Shown: positions 54,260-64,000 of the stretch, one piece after another | Layout: the number at the start of each line of letters is the position of its first letter | Position numbering within the stretch: position 1 is the first letter of the stretch | Origin: the human T2T-CHM13v2.0 reference genome, Homo sapiens | Direction: 5' to 3' (one strand) | DNA: 64,000 bases | Assembly: GCF_009914755.1 (NCBI RefSeq) | Contig: NC_060925.1 | Position numbers and translations under genes: made by a program | The notes under the pieces: model-generated | Database searches by the model: none | What the model was told of the DNA's origin: nothing | What the model saw: the letters and a program-made list of their open reading frames with translations, nothing else

Positions 54260-56979
54260 TTACTGAGAATTCTTCTGTCTAGCATAATATGAAGAAATCC
54301 CGTTTCCAACGAAGGCCTCAAAGGGGTCTGAATATCCACTTGCAGACTTTATAAACAGAGTATTTACTAACTGCTCTATGAAAAGAAAGGTTAAACTCTG
54401 TGAGTTGAACACACACATCACAAAGGAGTTTCTGAGAATCATTCTGTCTAGTTTTTCTACGAAGATATTTCCTTTTCTACTATTGACCTCAAAGCGGCTG
54501 AAATCTCCACTTGCAAATTCCACAAAAAGAGTGTTTCAAGTCTGCTCTGTGTAAAGGATCGTTCAACTCTGTGAGTTGAATACACACAACACAAGGAAGT
54601 TACTGAGAATTCTTCTGTCTAGCAGAATAGGAAGAAATCCCGTTTCCAACGAAGGCCTCAAAGAGGTCTGAATATCCACTTGCAGACTTTACAAACAGAG
54701 TGTTTCCTAACTGCTCTATGAAAAGAAAGGTTAAACTCTGTGAGTTGAACGCACACATCACAAAGGAGTTTCTGAGAATCGTTCTGTCTAGTTTCTATAG
54801 GAAGATATTTCCTATTCTACCATTGACCTCAAAGCGGCAGAAATCTCCACTTGCAAATTCCACAAAAAGAATGTTTCAAGTCTGCTCTGTGTAAAGGATC
54901 CTTCAACTCTGTGAGTTGAATACACACAACACAAGGAAGTTACTGAGAATTCTTCTGTCTAGCATAATATGAAGAAATCCCGTTTCCAACGAAGGCCTCA
55001 AAGAGGTCTGAATATCCACTTGCAGACTTTACAAACAGAGTGTTTCCTAACTGCTCTATGAAAAGAAAAGTTAAACTCTTTGAGTTGAACGCACACATCA
55101 CAAAGGAGTTTCTGAGAATCATTCTGTCTAGTCTTTATACGAAGATATTTCCTTTTCTACCATTGACCTCAAAGCGGCTGAAATCTCCACTTGCAAATTC
55201 CACAAAAAGAGTGTTTCAAGTCTGCTCTGTGTAAAGGATCGTTCAACTCTGTGAGTTGAATACACACAACACAAGGAAGTTACTGAGAATTCTTCTGTCT
55301 AGCAGAATATGAAGAAATCCCGTTTCCAACGAAGGCCTCAAGGAGGTCTGAATATCCACTTGCAGACTTTACAAACAGAGTGTTTCCTAACTGCTCTATG
55401 AACAGAAAGGTTAAACTCTGTGAGTTGAACGCACACATCACAAAGGAGTTTCTGAGAATCATTCTGTCTAGTCTTTATACGAAGATATTTACTTTTCTAC
55501 CATTGACCTCAAAGCGGCTGAAATCTCCACTTGCAAATTCCACAAAAAGTGTGTTTCAAGTCTGCTCTGTGTAAAGGATCATTCAACTCTGTGAGTTGAA
55601 TAAACACAACACAAGGAAGTTACTGAGAATTCTTCTGTCTAGCAGAATATGAAGAAATCCCGTTTCCAACGAAGGCCTCAAGGAGGTCTGAATATCCACT
55701 TGCAGACTTTACAAACAGAGTGTTTCCTAACTGCTCTATGAAAAGAAAGGTTAAACTCTGTGAGTTGAACGCACACATCACAAAGGAGTTCATGAGAATC
55801 ATTTTGTCTAGGTTCTATAAGAAGATATTTCCTATTCTACCATTGACCTCAAAGCGGCTGAAATCTCCACTTGCAAATTCGACAAAAAGAGTGTTTCAAG
55901 CCTGCTCTCTGTAAAGGATCCTTCAACTCTGTGAGTTGAATACACACAACACAAGGAAGTTACTGAGAATTCTTCTGTCTAGCATAATATGAAGAAATCC
56001 CGTTTCCAACGAAGGCCTCAAAGAGGTCTGAATATCCACTTGCACACTTTACAAACAGAGTGTTTCCTAACTGCTCTATGAGAAGAAAAGTTAAACTCTG
56101 TGAGTTGAACGCACACATCACAAAAGATTTTCTGAGAATCATTCTGTCTAGTCTTTATATGAAGATAGTTTCCTTTTCTACCATTGACCTCAAAGCGGCT
56201 GAAATCTCCACTTGCAAATTCCACAAAAAGAGTGTTTCAAGTCTGCTCTGTGTAAAGGATCGTTCAACTCTGTGAGTTGAATACACACAACACAAGGAAG
56301 TTACTGAGAATTCTTCTGTCTAGCAGAATATGAAGAAATCCCGTTTCCAACGAAGGCCACAAGATGTCAGAATATCCACTTACAGACTTTACAAACAGAG
56401 TGTTTCCTAACTGCTCTATGAACAGAAAGGTTAAACTCTGTGAGTTGAACGAACACATCACAACGCAGTTTGTGGGAATGATTCTGTCTAGTTTTGAAAC
56501 GAAGATATTTCCTTTTCTGCCGTTGACCTTAAAGCGCTTGAAATCTACACTTGCAAATTGCACAAATAGAGTGCTTCAAATCTGCTCTGTCTAAGGGAAC
56601 GTTCAACTCTGTGAGTTGAATGCACACAACACAAGGAAGTTACTGGGAATTCTTCTGTCTAGCCTTACATGAAAAAAACCCGTTTCCAACGAAGGCCTCT
56701 AAGTGGTCAAAATTTCCACGTGCAGACTTTACAAACAGAGTGTTTCCAAACCGCTGAATGAAAAGAAAAGTTAAACTCTGAGAGTTGAACGCACACATCA
56801 CGCAGCAGTTTCTGAGAATGATTCTGTCTAGTTTTTATACGAAGATATTTCCTTTTCTGCCTTTGGCCCCAAAGCGCTTGAAATCTCCACTTGCAAATTC
56901 CACAAAAACAGTGTTTCAAATCTGCTCTCTCTAAATGAAAGTTCAACTCTGTCAGTTGAATACACACAACACAAGGAAG
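54260..56979 (-). repeat. 16-monomer HOR unit containing all eight dimer subtypes in order A1-E-H-F-G-D-B-C
   Basis: 2720 bp between C landmarks 53987 and 56707; each of the eight dimers has its own diagnostic bases. Confidence 0.85.
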
Positions 56980-59900
56980 TTACTGAGAATTCTTCTGTCT
57001 AGCATAATATGAAGAAATCCCGTTTCCAACGAAGGCCTCAAAGGGGTCTGAATATCCACTTGCAGACTTTATAAACAGAGTGTTTACTAACTGCTCTATG
57101 AAAAGAAAGGTTAAACTCTGTGAGTTGAACACACACATCACAAAGGAGTTTCTGAGAATCGTTCTGTCTAGTTTCTATAGGAAGATGTTTCCTATTCTAC
57201 CATTGACCTCAAAGCGGCTGAAATCTCCACTTGCAAATTCCACAAAAAGAATGTTTCAAGTCTGCTCTGTGTAAACGATCGTTCAACTCTGTGAGTTGAA
57301 TACACACAACACAAGGAAGTTACTGAGAATTCTTCTGTCTAGCATAATATGTAGAAATCCCGTTTCCAAAGAAGGCCTCAAATAGGTCTGAATATCCACT
57401 TGCAGACTTTACAAACAGAGTGTTTCCTAACTGCTCTATGAAAAGAAAAGTTAAACTCTGTGATTTGAACGCACACATCACAAAGGAGTTTCTGAGAATC
57501 ATTCTGTCTGGTCTTTATACGAAGATATTTCCTTTTCTACCATTGACCTCAAAGCGGCTGAAATCTCCACTTGCAAATTCCACAAAAAGAGTGTTTCAAG
57601 TCTGCTCTGTGTAAAGGATCGTTCAACTCTGTGAGTTGAATACACACAACACAAGGAAGTTACTGAGAATTCTTCTGTCTAGCAGAATATGAAGAAATCC
57701 CGTTTCCAACGAAGGCCTCAAGGAGGTCTGAATATCCACTTGCAGACTTTACAAACAGAGTGTTTCCTAACTGCTCTATGAACACAAAGGTTAAACTCTG
57801 TGAGTTGAACGCACACATCACAAAGGAGTTTATGAGAATCATTCTGTCTAGTTTCTATAAGAAGATATTTCCTATTCTACCATTGACCTCAAAGCGGCTG
57901 AAATCTCCACTTGCAAATTCGACAAAAAGAGTGTTTCAAGCCTGCTCTCTGTAAAGGATCCTTCAACTCTGTGAGTTGAATACACACAACACAAGGAAGT
58001 TACTGAGAATTCTTCTGTCTAGCATAATATGAAGAAATCCCGTTTCCAACGAAGGCCTCAAAGAGGTCTGAATATCCACTTGCAGACTTTACAAACAGAG
58101 TGTTTCCTAACTGCTCTATGAGAAGAAAAGTTAAACTCTGTGAGTTGAACGCACACATCACAAAAGATTTTCTGAGAATCATTCTGTCTAGTCTTTATAT
58201 GAAGATAGTTTCCTTTTCTACCATTGACCTCAAAGCGGCTGAAATCTCCACTTGCAAATTCCACAAAAAGAGTGTTTCAAGTCTGCTCTGTGTAAAGGAT
58301 CGTTCAACTCTGTGAGTTGAATACACACAACACAAGGAAGTTACTGAGAATTCTTCTGTCTAGCAGAATATGAAGAAATCCCGTTTCCAACGAAGGCCAC
58401 AAGATGTCAGAATATCCACTTGCAGACTTTACAAACAGAGTGTTTCCTAACTACTCTATGAACAGAAAGGTGAAACTCTGTGAGTTGAACGAACACATCA
58501 CAACGCAGTTTGTGGGAATGATTCTGTCTAGTTTTGAAACGAAGAAATTTCCTTTTCTGCCATTGACCTTAAAGTGCTTGAAATCTACACTTGCAAATTG
58601 CACAAATAGAGTGTTTCAAATCTGCTCTGTCTAAGGGAACGTTCAACTCTGTGAGTTGAATGCACACAACACAAGGAAGTTACTGGGAATTCTTCTGTCT
58701 AGCCTTACATGAAGAAAACCCGTTTCCAACGAAGGCCTCTAAGAGGTCAAAATATCCACGTGCAGACTTTACAAAGAGAGTGTTTCCAAACCGCTGAATG
58801 AAAAGAAAAGTTAAACTCTGAGAGTTGAACGCAGACATCACGCAGCAGTTTCTGAGAATGATTCTGTCTAGTTTTTATACGAAGATATTTCCTTTTCTGC
58901 CTTTGGCCCCAAAGCGCTTGAAATCTCCACTTGCAAATTCCACAAAAACAGTGTTTCAAATCTGCTCTCTCTAAATGAAAGTTCAACTCTGTCAGTTGAA
59001 TACACACAACACAAGGAAGTTACTGAGAATTCTTCTGTCTAGCATAATATGAAGAAATCCCGTTTCCAACGAAGGCCTCAAAGGGGTCTGAATATCCACT
59101 TGCAGACTTTATAAACAGAGTGTTTACTAACTGCTCTATGAAAAGAAAGGTTAAACTCTGTGAGTTGAACGCACACATCACAAAGGAGTTTCTGAGAATC
59201 ATTCTGTCTAGTCTTTATACGAAGATATTTACTTTTCTACCATTGACCTCAAAGCGGCTGAAATCTCCACTTGCAAATTCCACAAAAAGAGTGTTTCAAG
59301 TCTGCTCTGTGTAAAGGATCCTTCAACTCTGTGAGTTGAATACACACAACACAAGGAAGTTACTGAGAATTCTTCTGTCTAGCAGAATATGAAGAAATCC
59401 CGTTTCCAACGAAGGCCTCAAAGAGGTCTGCATATCCACTTGCAGACTTTACAAACAGAGTGTTTCCTAACTGCTCTATGAGAAGAAAAGTTAAACTCTG
59501 TGAGTTGAACGCACACATCACAAAAGATTTTCTGAGAATCATTCTGTCTAGTCTTTATATGAAGATAGTTTCCTTTTCTACCATTGACCTCAAAGCGGCT
59601 GAAATCTCCACTTGCAAATTCCACAAAAAGAGTGTTTCAAGTCTGCTCTGTGTAAAGTATCGTTCAACTCTGTGAGTTGAATACACACAACACAAGGAAG
59701 TTACTGAGAATTCTTCTGTCTAGCAGAATATGAAGAAATCCCGTTTCCAACGAAGGCCACAAGATGTCAGAATATCCACTTACAGACTTTACAAACAGAG
59801 TGTTTCCTAACTGCTCTATGAACAGAAAGGTTAAACTCTGTGAGTTGAACGAACACATCACAACGCAGTTTGTGGGAATGATTCTGTCTAGTTTTGAAAC

Positions 59901-62900
59901 GAAGATATTTCCTTTTCTGCCGTTGACCTTAAAGAGCTTGAAAACTACACTTGCAAATTGCACAAATAGAGTGTTTCAAATCTGCTCTGTCTAAGGGAAC
60001 GTTCAACTCTGTGAGTTGAATGCACACAACACAAGGAAGTTACTGGGAATTCTTCTGTCTAGCCTTACATGAAAAAAACCCGTTTCCAACGAAGGCCTCT
60101 AAGTGGTCAAAATTTCCACGTGCAGACTTTACAAACAGAGTGTTTCCAAACCGCTGAATGAAAAGAAAAGTTAAACTCTGAGAGTTGAACGCACACATCA
60201 CGCAGCAGTTTCTGAGAATGATTCTGTCTAGTTTTTATACGAAGATATTTCCTTTTCTGCCTTTGGCCCCAAAGCGCTTGAAATCTCCACTTGCAAATTC
60301 CACAAAAACAGTGTTTCAAATCTGCTCTCTCTAAATGAAAGTTCAACTCTGTCAGTTGAATACACACAACACAAGGAAGTTACTGAGAATTCTTCTGTCT
60401 AGCATAATATGAAGAAATCCCGTTTCCAACGAAGGCCTCAAAGGGGTCTGAATATCCACTTGCAGACTTTATAAACAGAGTGTTTACTAACTGCTCTATG
60501 AAAAGAAAGGTTAAACTCTGTGAGTTGAACACACACATCACAAAGGAGTTTCTGAGAATCATTCTGTCTAGTTTTTCTACGAAGATATTTCCTTTTCTAC
60601 TATTGACCTCAAAGCGGCTGAAATCTCCACTTGCAAATTCCACAAAAAGAGTGTTTCAAGTCTGCTCTGTGTAAAGGATCGTTCAACTCTGTGAGTTGAA
60701 TACACACAACACAAGGAAGTTACTGAGAATTCTTCTGTCTAGCAGAATATGAAGAAATCCCGTTTCCAACGAAGGCCTCAAAGAGGTCTGAATATCCACT
60801 TGCAGACTTTACAAACAGAGTGTTTCCTAACTGCTCTATGAAAAGAAAGGTTAAACTCTGTGAGTTGAACGCACACATCACAAAGGAGTTTCTGAGAATC
60901 GTTCTGTCTAGTTTCTATAGGAAGATATTTCCTATTCTACCATTGACCTCAAAGCGGCTGAAATCTCCACTTGCAAATTCCACAAAAAGAATGTTTCAAG
61001 TCTGCTCTGTGTAAAGGATCGTTCAACTCTGTGAGTTGAATACACACAACACAAGGAAGTTACTGAGAATTCTTCTGTCTAGCAGAATATGAAGAAATCC
61101 CGTTTCCAACGAAGGCCACAAGATGTCTGAATATCCACTTACAGACTTTACAAACAGAGTGTTTCCTAACTGCACTATGAAAAGAAAAGTTAAACTCTTT
61201 GAGTTGAACGCACACATCACAAAGGAGTTTCTGAGAATCATTCTGTCTAGTCTTTATACGAAGATATTTCCTTTTCTACCATTGACCTCAAAGCGGCTGA
61301 AATCTCCACTTGCAAATTCCACAAAAAGAGTGTTTCAAGTCTGCTCTGTGTAAAGGATCGTTCAACTCTGTGAGTTGAATACACACAACACAAGGAAGTT
61401 ACTGAGAATTCTTCTGTCTAGCAGAATATGAAGAAATCCCGTTTCCAACGAAGGCCTCAAGGAGGTCTGAATATCCACTTGCAGACTTTACAAACAGAGT
61501 GTTTCCTAACTGCTCTATGAACAGAAAGGTTAAACTCTGTGAGTTGAACGCACACATCACAAAGGAGTTTCTGAGAATCATTCTGTCTAGTCTTTATACG
61601 AAGATATTTACTTTTCTACCATTGACCTCAAAGCGGCTGAAATCTCCACTTGCAAATTCCACAAAAAGAGTGTTTCAAGTCTGCTCTGTGTAAAGGATCA
61701 TTCAACTCTGTGAGTTGAATAAACACAACACAAGGAAGTTACTGAGAATTCTTCTGTCTAGCAGAATATGAAGAAATCCCGTTTCCAACGAAGGCCTCAA
61801 GGAGGTCTGAATATCCACTTGCAGACTTTACAAACAGAGTGTTTCCTAACTGCTCTATGAAAAGAAAGGTTAAACTCTGTGAGTTGAACGCACACATCAC
61901 AAAGGAGTTCATGAGAATCATTTTGTCTAGGTTCTATAAGAAGATATTTCCTATTCTACCATTGACCTCAAAGCGGCTGAAATCTCCACTTGCAAATTCG
62001 ACAAAAAGAGTGTTTCAAGCCTGCTCTCTGTAAAGGATCCTTCAACTCTGTGAGTTGAATACACACAACACAAGGAAGTTACTGAGAATTCTTCTGTCTA
62101 GCATAATATGAAGAAATCCCGTTTCCAACGAAGGCCTCAAAGGGGTCTGAATATCCACTTGCAGACTTTATAAACAGAGTGTTTACTAACTGCTCTATGA
62201 AAAGAAAGGTTAAACTCTGTGAGTTGAACACACACATCACAAAGGAGTTTCTGAGAATCGTTCTGTCTAGTTTCTATAGGAAGATGTTTCCTATTCTACC
62301 ATTGACCTCAAAGCGGCTGAAATCTCCACTTGCAAATTCCACAAAAAGAATGTTTCAAGTCTGCTCTGTGTAAACGATCGTTCAACTCTGTGAGTTGAAT
62401 ACACACAACACAAGGAAGTTACTGAGAATTCTTCTGTCTAGCATAATATGTAGAAATCCCGTTTCCAAAGAAGGCCTCAAATAGGTCTGAATATCCACTT
62501 GCAGACTTTACAAACAGAGTGTTTCCTAACTGCTCTATGAACAGAAAGGTTAAACTCTGTGAGTTGAACGCACACATCACAAAGGAGTTTCTGAGAATCA
62601 TTCTGTCTTGTCTTTATACGAAGATATTTACTTTTCTACCATTGACTTCAAAGCGGCTGAAATCTCCACTTGCAAATTCCACAAAAAGAGTGTTTCAAGT
62701 CTGCTCTGTGTAAAGGATCATTCAACTCTGTGAGTTGAATAAACACAACACAAGGAAGTTACTGAGAATTCTTCTGTCTAGCAGAATATGAAGAAATCCC
62801 GTTTGCAACGAAGGCCTCAAGGAGGTCTGAATATCCACTTGCAGACTTTACAAACAGAGTGTTTCCTAACTGCTCTATGAAAAGAAAGGTTAAACTCTGT

Positions 62901-64000
62901 GAGTTGAACGCACACATCACAAAGGAGTTTATGAGAATCATTCTGTCTAGTTTCTATAAGAAGATATTTCCTATTCTACCATTGACCTCAAAGCGGCTGA
63001 AATCTCCACTTGCAAATTCGACAAAAAGAGTGTTTCAAGCCTGCTCTCTGTAAAGGATCCTTCAACTCTGTGAGTTGAATACACACAACACAAGGAAGTT
63101 ACTGAGAATTCTTCTGTCTAGCATAATATGAAGAAATCCCGTTTCCAACGAAGGCCTCAAAGAGGTCTGAATATCCACTTGCAGACTTTACAAACAGAGT
63201 GTTTCCTAACTGCTCTATGAGAAGAAAAGTTAAACTCTGTGAGTTGAACGCACACATCACAAAAGATTTTCTGAGAATCATTCTGTCTAGTCTTTATATG
63301 AAGATAGTTTCCTTTTCTACCATTGACCTCAAAGCGGCTGAAATCTCCACTTGCAAATTCCACAAAAAGAGTGTTTCAAGTCTGCTCTGTGTAAAGGATC
63401 GTTCAACTCTGTGAGTTGAATACACACAACACAAGGAAGTTACTGAGAATTCTTCTGTCTAGCAGAATATGAAGAAATCCCGTTTCCAAAGAAGGCCACA
63501 AGATGTCAGAATATCCACTTACAGACTTTCAAACAGAGTGTTTCCTAACTGCTCTATGAACAGAAAGGTTAAACTCTGTGAGTTGAACGAACACATCACA
63601 ACGCAGTTTGTGGGAATGATTCTGTCTAGTTTTGAAACGAAGATATTTCCTTTCTGCCGTTGACCTTAAAGCGCTTGAAATCTACACTTGCAAATTGCAC
63701 AAATAGAGTGTTTCAAATCTGCTCTGTCTAAGGGAACGTTCAACTCTGTGAGTTGAATGCACACAACACAAGGAAGTTACTGGGAATTCTTCTGTCTAGC
63801 CTTACATGAAAAAAACCCGTTTCCAACGAAGGCCTCTAAGTGGTCAAAATATCCACGTGCAGACTTTACAAACAGAGTGTTTCCAAACCGCTGAATGAAA
63901 AGAAAAGTTAAACTCTGAGAGTTGAACGCACACATCACGCAGCAGTTTCTGAGAATGATTCTGTCTAGTTTTTATACGAAGATATTTCCTTTTCTGCCTT
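56980..64000 (-). repeat. More diverged HOR region: 12-, 8- and 22-monomer units
   Basis: C-dimer landmark at 56707, 58747, 60107, 63844; several private substitutions and three broken CENP-B boxes. Confidence 0.82.

Larger units (their letters stand above)
1..64000 (-). repeat. Alpha-satellite (alphoid) higher-order-repeat array, SF1 dimeric type, ~340-bp period; probably S1C1/5/19H1L (D1Z7/D5Z2/D19Z3)
   Basis: Tandem ~170-bp monomers alternate between CENP-B-box and A-box types. An EcoRI site (GAATTC) recurs at ~340 bp and ORF-track entries recur at 340-bp offsets. The first box is at 260 and the last at 63815: 187 intervals, mean ~339.9 bp. Alpha-satellite identity is unambiguous; the 1/5/19 assignment (~0.8) rests on recall of the near-identical 340-bp dimer with two periodically recurring divergent dimers. 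Confidence 0.98.

Noticed and set aside
222-63663. Hundreds of 60-99 aa ORFs on both strands
   Set aside because: They recur at the 340-bp repeat period, overlap on opposite strands, often use GTG/TTG starts and resemble no protein family I recognise. They are translations of alpha-satellite, useful only as variant markers.
1-64000. CRISPR-like or other repeat-spacer/cassette system
   Set aside because: Sequence between conserved motifs is itself repeated, with no unique spacers, and there are no cas, recombinase or reverse-transcriptase genes.
1-64000. Embedded L1/Alu insertion or inversion breakpoint
   Set aside because: The 340-bp register and box orientation are continuous from start to end; no non-alphoid segment, poly-A tail or target-site duplication was seen.
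1-64000. Assignment to a single chromosome (1, 5 or 19) or to the kinetochore site
   Set aside because: The three arrays share this HOR family. Assignment needs alignment to T2T assemblies, and kinetochore position needs methylation/CENP-A data.

Overview
The whole 64 kb window is one uninterrupted array of primate (almost certainly human) centromeric alpha-satellite. It is a suprachromosomal family 1 (J1/J2) array with a ~340-bp dimer period, in one orientation throughout (CENP-B boxes read on the - strand). It best fits the live S1C1/5/19H1L array (D1Z7/D5Z2/D19Z3); the chromosome cannot be resolved by eye. It holds about 188 dimers, each with one CENP-B box. I see no genes, RNA genes, CRISPR arrays or transposon insertions; every ORF in the track is a translation of the repeat. 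I found no new gene system. The points of interest are all in array architecture. (1) HOR length is very variable: 31 complete units of 8-22 monomers, with no 6-mer. (2) Most units read as in-register deletion derivatives of a 16-monomer order that survives intact at 54260-56979. (3) A near-identical 5778-bp 'HOR of HORs' spans ~31.8-53.2 kb. (4) There are dispersed block duplications, hybrid dimers and conversion-like patches. (5) The broken CENP-B boxes I found lie only near the two ends of the window. Dimer labels A1, E, H, F, G, D, B, C are my own, and all counts come from manual reading plus the ORF track.
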